This document shows, piece by piece, positions 45,025-61,261 of a stretch of 64,000 bases of DNA (positions are counted from its first letter, which is position 1; each line of letters begins with the position of its first letter). Source of the DNA: the human T2T-CHM13v2.0 reference genome, Homo sapiens; the NCBI RefSeq assembly GCF_009914755.1, contig NC_060933.1, one strand, 5' to 3'. Under the pieces are notes generated by a model, which was not told the origin of the DNA, made no database searches, and saw only the letters and a program-made list of their open reading frames with translations. The position numbers and the translations under genes are program-made.

Positions 45025-45993
45025 TATTAAAAAGAAAGCAAGAATTAGCCAGATCCAGGGGCAGGAGGAAGGTTGTTTCACCTAGCAGAAACAACCTGTG
45101 TAAACGCCTGGTATTTGAAAACCGTGATCAATTTTAGGAAGGTCGTTATGGTGTTTGTGGATATTGAGGTTGATTTCTGACAATTATATGTAAATTTATC
45201 TTAGAAGAAGCACCAGAATTCATTTCTTCTGTAAGAGATTAGGATAACAGCATGTATTACAGAAAGCATCCTAATGTTAAATTAAGCAAAAATTCAAGTG
45301 TGAATAGTAGTTTATTTTTTAAGTATTTGTATTAAATATATTCTCACTAAGGATTGAGAAGTTAGTGTAAAATAATAAAAAGTCTGAATTATAGAGTATT
45401 TTAAGCCTATTTTGTAATTTTCTTGATTGGTCCTAATAAAATGTTGCTAAGAGATTATTTGGGAAATACCTTTCAGTTAAAAGATTTAAAATAATGGCAA
45501 TTTTATAGCAATTTTTGTATGTAACTGTGTTCTAAATAGAAAAAGATGTTCCTTGTAGCAGAGCAAATATTTCTCATGATTTTGATTATGTGTAATGTGT
45601 CCCTCTCGGCAATCAAGTCTTCAAAACTTCCTCTATCGCCTATTAAATTCTCTCTCATCATTTTTGTTTCCTATAGAGATTCTGAAGTTCTTTTTTTCCC
45701 TTCTGTCACTGTTTTCCAAACACTTACCCCTATTTCCAATTTCAAATAAAAATCAGTAATTTAAAGCAAATGGATCCAATTGCAATATGACTGTCATTAA
45801 ATCATAGTATCCTGGCTCTGTGATTATGCAAAGTATACTTTTTATAGTATATCAGTCATTGGGTTTACATAGTGAGTGTGTAGTCCTTTTTTTCTTTCTT
45901 TCTTGACTAGGTAATATAGTGACTGTTTCTCAAATCAATTTTCCTTTAAAAAGAGATTAAATGAACCAGGGTTTTGTTTTTCTGCTTTTATAG

Positions 45994-46191
45994 ATTTCTT
46001 GATAACCGGCTGTTTGCTACCTGCTCTGATGACACTACAATAGCACTATGGGATCTGAGAAAATTGAACACCAAAGTATGCACTTTACATGGTCACACTA
46101 GCTGGGTGAAGAACATCGAATATGATACTAATACAAGACTCTTAGTAACATCAGGATTTGATGGAAATGTCATTATTTGGGACACTAACAG
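45994..46191 (+). CDS. DCAF10: DCAF10 coding exon 3 (198 nt), WD40 repeats including the WDxR motif
   Basis: ttttatag| acceptor and AG|gtttgt donor; FLDNRLFATCSDDTTIALWDLRK...LHGHTSWVKNIEY...VIIWDTN(R); phase 2-2. Confidence 0.96.
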
Positions 46192-48124
46192 GTTTGTGAA
46201 TAGGAGACCATGTTAGGATTATGAACAAAAACATTTTTTTTAAAGATGGTGAACAAATTCAGTGTTCTGTCCTAGCCTCAAGAAGGAAACTGGCTTTAGG
46301 AAAAGCAACCAAAAAGTGATGATATATTTTGTTAATTGTACCTAGTCATATATTGCAACTAAAAATTTTGGGGAAAATTATACAGGAAGGAGACCAAGTA
46401 GTATAGTTAATGATGAAAACTGGCTTATAAAAAAAGAGTTTCCTGAATTTAAGGAAAAATATTTTTGTTATTTCTCCTGTGAAACTAAACTGTTTCTCAC
46501 TTTTTCTTCCCTCAATTCTACATATATTTATTTTGCAATTTTTGTTCTTTGTTTTCATGCATTAAAAGAGTAGTTCTCATTTGGAATGGTACTGATCTCA
46601 AAGGGAATGTTTAGGAATAAAGCGTGGGGCAATTTTGGTTGTCACTATGGGGGAAGAGAACTATCTACTAGCATGTAGTCAGCAAGGACCAGAGTTTCTA
46701 AACCTCCTGCAGTACACAGGTCAGTGTGCACAGTGGACTAGTTGTCCCACCTAAAATGCCAGTTATGCCTCTGTTGTGCAACATTCCAACAAAATGTCTC
46801 CTTATAAAGAAATTGATATTTAAAGAGTTGAAGTTTGAAAAACAATTAAAATATGCCTGCTTTGCTAGCTATGGTGAAATGATAATATAGTAAACACACC
46901 ATGATCATTTCTGTGTATATTTGTTTTTGTTGTTGTTTTTGAGACAGGGTCTCGCATTGTCACCCAGGCTGTAGTGCAGTGGTACAGTCACAGCTCACTG
47001 CAGACTGGATCTCCCAGGCTTAAGTGATCCTCCTGCCTCAGACTCCTGAGCAGCTAGGACTATAGGCATGAGCCACCATGCCCACCTAATTTTTTATTTT
47101 TTGTAGAGACGGGGTCTCGCTATGCTGCCCAGGCTGGTCTTGAACTCCTGGGCTCAAGTGATCCTCCTGCCTTAGCTCCCAAAATACAAGGATTACAGGC
47201 ATGAGCCACTGTGTGTGGCCATCATTTTCGAAATATTCTTTTTAGAGGTCATATGTAAAAAGAGAGGGGCTATTCTTGGAGATTTCTAGCTACCCATACT
47301 CTTTGAGTGGAAGGCAAAAACTATTGGTTATCTTTAGACAAAGACAAGCATACCTACTAAATGAATTTGTTTACTAAAATTTAGAAATAAAATTTGAATA
47401 GAAATATAAATGTAACTTCCAAATTAGTAGAGGGTAAAAAACTAATAAAACATGATCAATCCCATAGAAGCAGAGAAGGGAAGGAAAAAAGATAATTATT
47501 TAAAAGAACAGGTAAATTAGGAAGCACAAAACTAGTCATATACTGCAACTAAAAAGTTGGAGAAAATTATACAGGAAGGAGACCAAGTTGTATAGTTCAT
47601 GATGAAAACTAGCTTACAAAATAAATTTCCTTAATTTCAGGAAAAATATTTTTTGTTATTTCACAAAGCATAAAACTAGTAGGCAGATAACCTAAGCTTT
47701 AATCCAAATATTAATAACTGTGATAAACGTATATGGGCTAAACTGTCCAGTTAAAAATAGACAGTGTTAGATTAGATTAAAAATAAAACAGAACTGTATT
47801 TTCTTTGTAAGGGACACAGTTAAAACATACAAACCTAGAAAAGTTGAAAGTAAAAGGATGAGAAAAAACAAACAATTATACGTCAAAGACAAAACAGTTG
47901 TGGCTACATTAATAGCAAACAAAATAAAGTTTAAGACAAAAAGCATTACTGATAAAAAGGTACTATAACAAAAGATTAATTTCACTAAAATATAAAAGCT
48001 TGTATGCGCCTAAAAACATAGCATAAAACTATAAAAAGTAAAAGTGGACAGAATTACAAGAAAGAAGTGAGAAATCTCCATCTCAGTGGAAAATATTAAC
48101 AGCATTCTCTCATTTACTTATCTA

Positions 48125-48289
<165 letters not shown>

Positions 48290-49454
48290 TCACACCTGTA
48301 ATCCCAGCACTTCGGAAGGCCGAGGTGGGTGGATCACCTGAGGTCAGGAGTTTGAGACCAGCCTGGCCAGCACGCAGAAACCCCATCTCTACTAAAAATA
48401 CAAAAATTAGCCAGGCGTGGTGGCTGGCACCTGTAATCCCAGCTACTTGGGAGGCTGAGGCAGGAGAATCACTTGAACCCAGGAGGTAGAGGTTGCCGTG
48501 AGCCGAGGTTGTGCCACTGTACTCCAGCCTGGGCCACAGAGTCAGACTCTGTCTCAAAACAATAACAACAGCAACAACAAAAATAAATAAAACACAAAAA
48601 TTAGCAGGGCCTAGTGGCACACGCCTGTAATCCCAGCTACTGAGGCAGGAGAATCGCTTGAACCTGGGAGGCAGAGGTGGCAGTGGGCCAGCCTGGGTGA
48701 CAGAGTGAGATTCTGTCTCAAAAAAGAAAAATAACAACAACAACAAACAAAAATGGATAAGGCTGTGGAAGATTTAAATATTATTAATAAGCTTGATGTA
48801 TTACACATATTTAGATTTCTGCTACCAACAACTAGTGAAAACATCCTCTGAAGCAAACTTAGAACCAGTACAAAAATTGAGCATGTACTGAACTACAAAG
48901 TAGGTTTCAGCTGGTACCAAAGAACTATTATCACACAAACCATTTTCCCTGTTCTTAGTATCATTTAGTTATTAATTAAAAATTCTCATGTTTAGAGACT
49001 TATAAACTCACTTTTAAATAATTTATGGATCAAAGAAGAAATCATACTGAAGACAGGTTGAAAATTGATGAACTAAGCATCTTACTCAAAAAACTGGAAA
49101 AAAGTAAAAGGATAAACCCGATGAAAGTAGATGTATGGAAATGATAAGTGTAAAAGCATAAAATTGATGATGTCAAAAATGAAAATATAATAGAGGATTT
49201 TTAAAAGCCTGCTCTTTGAAAAAAGCTAATTGAATAGGCAATTCTCTGGCAAGATTCATCAAGAGAAAAAAGACATAAATAACTAATATCAGCAATAAAA
49301 AGGAGACAACAATATAGAAGAAGATGATAGATGAGCTTTATCCCTATATACTTGAAAACTTTGATGAAATAGCCAGTTTACTAAAAAAATACACCTTAGC
49401 AAAACTGGCCAAGGAAGAAATAGAAAACCTGAAATAGACCTATTACTAGGACTA

Positions 49455-49748
49455 ATATTTAGCCAATATGTACTGGTTCAGCTGAAGTACTGTTAAAAGA
49501 TTGAACTTCTTCCATACCAATTCGTAAATAGGCACTGCCCTGAGTTACCCTCTGACACCCTCTGACTACCCAGGCCCCTCTTCTAGAGATACCTCCCACA
49601 AAACCTTCCCATGATTCAGCAGCAAAAGTCCCCCTTACACAATATGGCGATTCCAGGACCCTGTTCCAGCACAGCCATCTGCATCTATTCTGACTGGCAA
49701 GTGTTCATGCGGTGCTTGTTATTTAAATATTCTGAATATCACCTCTGC
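49455..49748. mobile_element. hAT-Tip100 (Arthur1-like) relic
   Basis: Terminus ttaaatattctgaatatcacctctg; related sequence also at about 9900-9990 and 11700-11720. Confidence 0.4.
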
Positions 49749-50830
49749 CACAGCCATTAAAGAAATGGAAAAAATGAGTTAAAAACTACCTACAGTACTA
49801 ATAAAAGAGCAGGTCTGTCAGTTTTACAGGTGACTTCTACCAAATATTGCAAATAAGAGAGAACATTCTAATTTTATTAAACTGATCAGATTATTGAAAA
49901 AGGGAATTCTTACATCATGTATAAAATTAGTATGACCTTGATACCCGAACTTAACAAAGATAATATTAAAAAAAAAGAAAGACCAATCTGTAATATGAAT
50001 GTAAATACAAATATTCTAAATGCAAAGAAATTGAACCCTACATTATAGTAAATATCATGACCAAGTTGGGCTTACTCAAGGAATGAAAAGATGGTTTATC
50101 AATAGAAATTGTATTAATATAATTACCCACATTAACAGATAAAATGGGTAAATCTGTATGATTGTTTCAAATGAGGAATAAGATTCAACATTTAGTCATA
50201 ATTAAAAACAAAAGAGAGGAGATATCATAACCAACCTTACAGAAATTAAAAGGATTAATAAGGAGTACTATGAGCAACTTTATGGCAACAAATTAGGCAA
50301 CACAGATGAACAGATAGACACCTAAGGAGTCACAAATTACTGAAATTGACTTAAGATAAATAGAAAATCTATTGACTTATAGACCTACAGCAAGTAAAGA
50401 TATTGAATTGGTAATTTTTTTTTTAAGATGGAGTCATTGCAACCTCTGCTTCCCAGGTTCAAGTGATCCTCCTGCCTCAGCCTCCTAAGTAGCTGGGATT
50501 ACAGGCATCCACCACCACCCCTGGCTAATTTTTGTATTCTTAGTAGAGACAGGGTTTCACCATGTTGGTCAGGCTGGTCTCAAACTCCTGACCTCAGTGA
50601 TCTGCCCACCTCGGCCTCCCAAAGTGCTGGGATTACAGGTGTTAGCCACTGTGACTGGCCTGAATTGGTAATTTAAAAATACTCCCACAGTGAAAAGCCC
50701 AGAATCAAATGGCTTCACTGATTAATTCTACCAAATATTTACATAGTAAATAATAACAGTCCTTCACAAACTCTTCCAGAATATAGAGGAGACAGGATAT
50801 TTTCCAACTCATGCTTTGAGTCTACTATTA

Positions 50831-51040
<210 letters not shown>

Positions 51041-51051
51041 TCAGCTACTCA

Positions 51052-51156
<105 letters not shown>

Positions 51157-52657
51157 TCAAAAAAAAAAAAAAAAAAAAAAAGAATAGAAACCACAAATAT
51201 TCCTAAAAAAAAAAAGGATGGAAAAATCCTCAACAAAATATTAGCAAATCTAACAATATATATAAACATTTTTATGTCATCACCAAGTGGAATTTATCCC
51301 AGGAATACAGGGTTGGTTTAACTCCCAAAATCAGTTAATGTAATACATTATACTAATAAAGGTCAAAACCCATATGATAATCAAGACAGAAAAGCACTTG
51401 ACAAAATCTCTTTGTGATAAAACTAGGCATAAAAGGGAATGTATTCAAAAGCTAAGAATCTTGCTTAACATTGAAAGACTGAATGCATTCCCCCTAAGAT
51501 GGGAAGCAAGGCTCTCACCACTTTTTTTTGAAATTATACTGGAGGTGCAACATTGCACTGGAGGTGCAATCAGGTAAAAAAAAGAAAAGGCATTCAGAAT
51601 AGAAAGGAAGACGTAAACTGTCTTCATATGCAGGAAATATGTTTCTGTATACAGAAAATAGTAAGGAACCTACCAAGAAATCCACTAGACCTAATAAACA
51701 AGTTTAGTAAATTCACAAGATATACAATCAATTGTATTTCTACTTATAAGCAATGAACAATCCAAAAATGAATGAAGAAAATAATTTAATTCACAATAGC
51801 ATCAAAAAGGGTAAAATACATAGGAATAAAATTAACAAAAGAGGTATGAGATTTGTACACTGAAATCTATAAAACATTGCTAAAGGGAATATAAGAAGTT
51901 GTAAATAAATGGGGAGATAGTCCATGTTCATGGATTCGAAGACTCCATATTATTAATTAATAACAAGTATTGGCAAGAATATGGAGAAACTGGAACCCTG
52001 ATTGCTGAAACCCACATTGCTGGTGGGAATGTAAAATGGAATAGCCACTTTAGAAAACAATTTGGCAGTTTCATAAAATGTTAAACATGGAGTTACCATA
52101 TGATCCACCAATTCCACTCCTAGATATCTATTCAAGAGAAATGAACATATATGGCCACACAAAGACTTGTACATGAATATTTATAGTAGCACTCATAATA
52201 AGCAAAAATGGAACCAATCCAAATATCCAGCAAGTGGTAAATAGATAAACAAAATGTGGTGGATGTATGCAACAGAATTCTATTTAGCAATGAAAACGAA
52301 CAAATAATTGATACATGCTATGACATGGATGAACCTCAAAAAATTATGCTGGGTGAAAAAAGCCAACTTGCAAAAGACTACTTACTGTACGATTCTATTT
52401 ATATGAAATATCTAGAATAGGTAAATCTATAGAGACAGAAAGTTGATTAGTGGTTGCCTGGAGCTGAGAGTGGGAACAGAAAGTGATTGCTAATGGGCAG
52501 GAGGAATCTCTTAAGGTGATGAAAATGTTCTAAAACTGGATTGTGTTGATGATTGCACAGCTCTGTAAATTTACTAAAAAATTACTTAATTGCGGCCTGG
52601 CATGGTGGCTCACACCTGTAATCCCAGCACTTTGGGAGGCCGAGGGAGGGTGGATCA

Positions 52658-52972
<315 letters not shown>

Positions 52973-53374
52973 CTAGAGATAGAAGGAAATTTATCAAAAG
53001 TATATACTAAAAAATTATAGCACATTTTAAAATGGTGAACCTTAAGAAGATTTCTCCTTAAAATCTGGAAGGAGAGCTTGCTCACTGTTACCACTACTGT
53101 TCATCAGTGTCATGGGGTGGGTGAAGCGGGGGAGGGTACTAGTTGGTGCAATAAAAGAAGGAAGAAAACAATTATATATGGATTGGAAAGAAGAAAACAC
53201 TATTATTCACAGATGATATATCAGGCGTTGGCAAACTATTTCTGTAAAGGACCAGGTAGTACATATTTTAGGCTTTGTGTACTACATGGTCTCTGAGCTG
53301 TCATAGATGATACATAAATGAATAGATGTGGCTGTGTTTATACAAACTTTCTTTATAGAACCAGGCAGTGGTCA

Positions 53375-53572
<198 letters not shown>

Positions 53573-53673
53573 TCAGGAGTTCGAGACCAGCCTGACCAAT
53601 ATAGTGAAACCCCGTGTCTACTAAAAATACAAAAAAATTAGCCAGGTGTGGCAGGTGCCTGTAATCCCAGCTA

Positions 53674-53893
<220 letters not shown>

Positions 53894-54723
53894 TCAAGGT
53901 TTCAGTGAGCCATGATTGCACCACTGCACTCTAGGCTGGGCAAGAGATTGACACCCTGTCTTTAAAACATAAAATAGATAAAAGTGGGCCAAATTTGGCC
54001 CATAGGCCAAAGTTTTCTACTCCCTGTTCTATATAGAAAATCTTACAAATTCCTCAGAGAAATTATCAGAATTAGTAAGATTTAACAAAGGTCATTAGAT
54101 ATAAATTATGGAAGACAGTAGGGAGGTTCCTCAAAAACTTAAAAATAGAACTACCATATAAATCCAACAATCCTTCTACTAGGTATATATCCAAAGGAAA
54201 TTAAATCACTATGTCAAAAAGATATCTGCACTCTCATGTTCATTGCAGCACTATTCACAGTAGCCACGATATGGAGTTAACCTAAACGTCCATCAATGAA
54301 TGAATGGATTAAAAATGTTGTAATATACACAGCAAAATACTATTCAGCCTTAAGAAAGAAGGAAATTTTGTCATTTGCGACAATACGAATGAGCCTGGAG
54401 GACATTATATTAAACAAAATAAGCCAGGCTCAGAAAGACAAATATCACTTACATGTAGAATCTAAAAAAGTCAAAAACTCATAGAAGCAGATAGTAGAAT
54501 GGTGGTTACCAGGGACTGGGGACAGGTGGGTGGAGTACAGTTGGGGGAAACTTTGGTCAAAAAATACAACATTTCAGTTAGGAGGAATAAAAGTTCAAGA
54601 GATTTATAAGGTACAACATGATGACCACTGTTAATGACAATTTACTGTTGTTATTATATATAATTGAAATTTGTTAAAAGTAGATTTTAAGTTTTATCAT
54701 CATAAATGCTAAGTATGTGAGGA

Positions 54724-54730
<7 letters not shown>

Positions 54731-54784
<54 letters not shown>
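54731..54784. repeat. (TA)n microsatellite; paralogous copy at 56833-56878
   Basis: Directly visible. Confidence 0.95.
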
Positions 54785-54787
<3 letters not shown>

Positions 54788-54826
54788 TAGCTTGATTTAG
54801 CCATTCCACAATATATACATATTTCA

Positions 54827-55181
<355 letters not shown>

Positions 55182-55356
55182 TCAAGCCATCCTCCTACCT
55201 CAGCCTCTCAAGTACCTGGGACCACAGGTGTGACACTCTGCCTGGCTACTTTTGCATTTTTTCATAGAGACAGTGTCTCATTATGTTGCCCGTGTTGGTC
55301 TCTAACTTCTGGCTCAAGTGATCGTCCCACCTCGGCCTCCCAAAGTGCTGGGATTA

Positions 55357-55854
<498 letters not shown>

Positions 55855-56831
55855 CTAAAAGAATAGGGAAAATCAGTGAGAGGCAATATTGGAATAATGA
55901 CTGAGAAACTTTCAGAATATATGAATAATACGAATCTTAAGACTTGGAAAGTCAAATGAATCCCAGTAAAGATAAATAAAAAGAGATCCAAATTTACATA
56001 TACCAGTGAAATTGCAGTACTCTAAAGACAGAGAGAAGATTCACCAGAGGGGGGAAAAAAGATAAATTACGCAAAGTAATAGTCAGACTAATAGCAGACT
56101 CACAAATAGTAACAATGGAAAATAGAACTCTGTGGAAAATTATCCTAAATATTCAGAAGGAAACAACGACCTAAAATTATATGCTAAGCTAAACCTTTAT
56201 TCAATAAGATGAGTTGAGCTGGGCATAGTGGCTCATACTTATAATCTCAGCACTTTGAGAGGCTGAAGTGGGAGGATCACTTGAGACCAGGAGTTCCAAG
56301 ACTAGCCTGGGCAACACAGCAAGACCCCATCTCTACAGAAAATTTAAAAATTAGCCAGGAGTGGTGGTGCACACCTGTAGTTCCAGCTACTCGGAAGGCT
56401 GAAGTGGGAAGATTCCTTGAGCCTGGGAATTTGAGGTTATAGTGAGCTATGATTATGCCACTGCACCCCAGCCTGGGCAACAGAGGGAGACCCAGTCTCT
56501 TAAAAGAGTGAAATAAAGATTTTCAGAACAGGCTGGGCATGGTGGCTCACGCCTATAATCCCAGCACTTTTGTAGGCCAAGGCGGTGGATCACCAGAGGT
56601 CAGGATTTTGAGACCAGCCTGGCCAACATGGTGAAACCCCGTCTCTACTAAAAATGTGAAAAATTAGCTGGATGTGGTGGCAGGTGCCTGTAATCCCAGC
56701 TACTTGGGAGATGTATATTGTACAACATGATGACCACTGTTAATGACAATTTACTGTTGTTATTATATATAATTGAAATTTGTTAAAAGTAGATTTTAAG
56801 TGTTATCATCATAAATGTTAAGTATGTGAGG

Positions 56832-56881
<50 letters not shown>

Positions 56882-56939
56882 TAGCTTGATTTAGCTATTC
56901 CACAATATATACATATTTGAAACATCATGTACACCATTA

Positions 56940-57062
<123 letters not shown>

Positions 57063-57134
57063 TCAAAAAAAAAAAAAAAAGATTTTCAGAACAATAAAAA
57101 GCGAGAGCATTTACCTCAACAAAGTCTAACTTTA

Positions 57135-57372
<238 letters not shown>

Positions 57373-58204
57373 TCAAAAAAGGAATTTTGGAGATGAACGA
57401 AGGAATGATGAGCAAAAAGATTGTTAAGCATGTATGTAAATCTCAATATACATTGACTGTAAATTCTATTTTTTTTAACAGCTGGAAGTTTTACAACTTT
57501 TTCTTCTGGTACTCATTTTCATTATATTTTCTCATAGAATTATATCCTGTTATATGCTCAGGCTGGTGTGCAGTGGCGCAATCATGGCTCACTGCACCGT
57601 CCACATCCCAGGCTCAAACCATCCTCGCACCTCAGTCTCCAGCTAACTTTTTATTTTTTGTAGAGACAGGGTCTTGCTATGTTGCCCTGGTTGGTCTTGA
57701 AATCCTGGGCTCCATCTGTCCTCACGCCTCAGCCTCCCAAAGTGTTGGGATTACAGGTGTGAGCCACCACCCCTAGCCTACTGATCATTCTTATTGGCAT
57801 CAAAAATATGCACGTAAACTGACATTAATTTTAAAAATTGTTTTCTGTGACCACAGGGCTATTAGTGTTACATTTCTTCTGGATTTAATGATCATTACAA
57901 TATTATTAGTCCACAATTGATTAAAACAACATGTATTATTTTAAATAATAATTATTAACATAAAAAGTAAAATTTATTGGAAAGACATCTCATTTTTGAA
58001 GTTTCAATTTTTTTTTTTTTGAATAGAGACAGGGTCTGTCTGTCTGTCACCCAGGCTGGAGTGCAGTCGTGTGATCATAGCTCACTGCAGCCTCAAACTC
58101 CCAGGCTCGCGTGATCCTCCCACCTCAGCCTCCTGAGTAGTTGGAACTATGAGTGCACACCACCACACTCAGCTAATTTATTTTAATTTTTTAAATTTTT
58201 GTAG

Positions 58205-58333
<129 letters not shown>

Positions 58334-58689
58334 TGACACATTGTAACTGCACATATTTACAGGGTACAATTTGATGTCTTGACACATATATGTTGTATAA
58401 TGAGCAAATCAGTATTAGCATGCACTTATCATTCCTTTGTGGTAAGGACATGTAACAGTCGCTCTTCTAGCTATTTTATAATATACTGTATCTTACTATT
58501 AACCGTCATCACCCTACTGTGCAATATTAATACCCTAGAACTTATTCCTCCTAATTGTAATTTTGAGCCCATTGACCAAGCTCTTCTCATCCTCCCTACA
58601 TTTTATTTTGAAGGGCAAAAAATATGATTATTACTGAACCGTTATATTTATGATAACTCTAGATTTTGTTGGCTTGGTTTCTCCTGTAG

Positions 58690-58892
58690 GTATACAGAAG
58701 ATGGGTGTCCACATAAGAAATTCTTTCACACACGTTTTCTCATGCGAATGAGGTTAACACCAGATTGTTCCAAAATGTTGATTTCAACGTCCTCTGGATA
58801 TCTCTTAATTTTGCATGACCTTGACTTAACTAAGTCTTTAGAAGTAGGCAGCTATCCCATTTTAAGAGCAAGAAGAACTACTTCAAGTTCAG
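58690..58892 (+). CDS. DCAF10: DCAF10 coding exon 4 (203 nt)
   Basis: ctcctgtag| acceptor and G|gtaagc donor; YTEDGCPHKKFFHTRFLMRMRLTPDCSKMLISTSSGYLLILHDL...RARRTTSSS; phase 2-1. Confidence 0.94.
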
Positions 58893-59637
58893 GTAAGCTT
58901 TTCTTTTTTGGTCAAAAAGATTTTTCTCGAGAATCTCAAACATAGAGATGGTATAGGTTTCTTTTCTGAAAATGATAGCAGGAAAAGGGAAGACAGTTTT
59001 TTAAAAGGCATTCTTTAGAAAGCTCATTGATGGGTTTTTATCTAAGCAAGTATAATGATTTGTATGTATCTCTGACATATCATTCATATGTACCTCTGAA
59101 TCACAAATGGACTAGGAGGAATAACTGCTGACCCTAAAGTATTTTCTTTTAGCTTTATGCTAGCCACAGGATCTTTTCATCAGTAATTTTGAATCATCAC
59201 TATCTCAAAAATTAGTGATGGCACAAGGTCTTAAGTCCTTCTGGAATCAAGCAGAGCTTTTATTAAATTATGGTCAATATAGAGTTTTAGTTTTATCTGT
59301 ATCCTAGACTTACAGATGTCCAGACACAGGTAGCTGGTGCCATCTTATCTCATTACTCTCTAAACGCTCTTTTGCTAAAACTCTGTCTCTTCTCCCATTG
59401 CTGATTTTGTTAGACTTAAGAGAATTTAGGGTTCAGAAAAATGTACGTATTGTATTTTATCAACATTATGTGATTTAAAAAAGACTATATTTCATCTACC
59501 TTTGGGAAAGAGGGGACTGGTGTGGGGACATACCCATCATTTACATTATAAACAAAAATCCAGGGGAAAAAAGACTTAAGCATTTGGAACATAGAATGCT
59601 AATAAATTGCTATTAAAAGGCAGCTTTGAATGGTTGG

Positions 59638-60706
59638 GGCCAGGTGCGGGGGCTCACACCTGTAATCCCATCACTTTGGGAGGCCAAGGTGGGAGGATCG
59701 CTTGAGCCCAGGAGTTGAACTCAAGGGTAGCCTGGGCAACATAGGAAGACCTCATCTCTACAAATAACTTAAAAATTTAGCCAGGTGCAGTGGCTCACGT
59801 TTGTAATCCTAGCACTTTGAGAGACTGAGGTGAGCAGATCGCTTGAGCCCAGGAGTTTGTGACCAGCCTGGGCAACATGGTGAAACCCTGTCTCTACGAA
59901 AAACACAAAAATTAGCCAGATATGCTAGCATGCATCTGTAGTCCCATCTACTCAGGAAGCTGGGGCAGGAGGATCACCTGAGCCTGGCAGGTTGAGGCAG
60001 CAGTGAGCCATGATTGTGCCCCACTGCCCTCCACCCTGGGCAACAGAGAAAGACCCTGTGTCCAAAAAAAAGGAAATGAAAAAAAAGGTTGGAATCTTTC
60101 TCCTTGTGCACAGGACCACTTCTGAAAATTCCTTTGGGAAAGTACAGACATCATTGTACTGCAGTGCCTGGCATAACTGTCAAAAGTAGAAATTTAAGTT
60201 TTACCAACTTACTTGCAAACAAGGGATTTCATAAATATACGAGTATAATCCTTTGAGATTCAAATTTGCCTTTTAAGTTAAACATGATAAGCAACTCTAA
60301 CTTAGTGAGAAATAGTGATTTTGAATGTCTAGTTGGCCTATTTCAACTCAAAAACCAACAAGGTTTTCAGTTTTCTAATGGTAATTCTGATACTAAATAA
60401 CATTACAGGAAATTAGACTAGTAAGAATTCTTAACATAGGTATGGGACCACTAGCAAAATGTGATGATGAAATAGACACTGCTATTTGGAGTAATATATC
60501 AGACTCCACTACCTGATACTCATTTTATTTTTTTCAATGTAAACTTTATGTCACATTTCACAGTATTCACATAAACTTGGCACAGTGGTGCATGCCTTTA
60601 GGCCCAGCTACTCAGGAGGCTGAGGCTGAGGCAGGAGGATCACTTGAACCCAGGAATTAGGAGTCCAGCCTGGGCAACATAGCAAGATCCTTGTCTCAAA
60701 AAAAAA
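59638..60706 (+). mobile_element. AluJ-like elements in intron 4 (59638-60080 composite; 60575-60706 monomer)
   Basis: Alu consensus matches. Confidence 0.75.
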
Positions 60707-61150
60707 GACTATTCACGTAATTTCAAGAATGATAATGGAAGTTTTTGGTATACTTTAAAGAAGAATCTCTTCATGTTTCTGGTAATGGGCCTGTTGTTTG
60801 GACCCTATTTTAACATAAAACAATAGGCTTAAGAGCTTAGTTTTCATTTTCATGGAATTTTTGGGTTCCATTTTAGTACAGAAATCATGAGGATCCAAAG
60901 ACGCTCCTATGATTATTTGGTTTTTCATTTTTATTTCACATAGTCAAGTCTTTGATATAAAAGATTCAGAAAGGGACTAGATCTTAGAACACTTCAAAGA
61001 GCTGTCTTGCCTTCCTCAGTCTTATAGGCCAGTGATATATGAGCATTTTTTCAAAATTTTAAAACTATGGTTCGAGTAGATAATTAAAAAGTTAAGAGCC
61101 ACTACCAGAGTTATGCTAGGTTTATTGTCAGAATTTTTTATATTTTTAAG

Positions 61151-61261
61151 ATTTGACCACTTCATCAAGTTCATCTGGTCCTAGAGTTTCTGGCTCACCT
61201 TGTCATCATAGTGATTCTAATTCTTCTGAGAAACACATGTCACGAGCCTCTCAAAGAGAAG
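61151..61261 (+). CDS. DCAF10: DCAF10 coding exon 5 (111 nt), Ser-rich loop
   Basis: tatttttaag| acceptor and G|gtaggt donor; (D)LTTSSSSSGPRVSGSPCHHSDSNSSEKHMSRASQRE(G); phase 1-1, open frame joining exons 4 and 6. Confidence 0.9.

Noticed and set aside
51532-51569. Imperfect 19-bp tandem duplication in L1 (actggaggtgcaa twice)
   Set aside because: Ordinary small slippage or repair duplication; too short to interpret.
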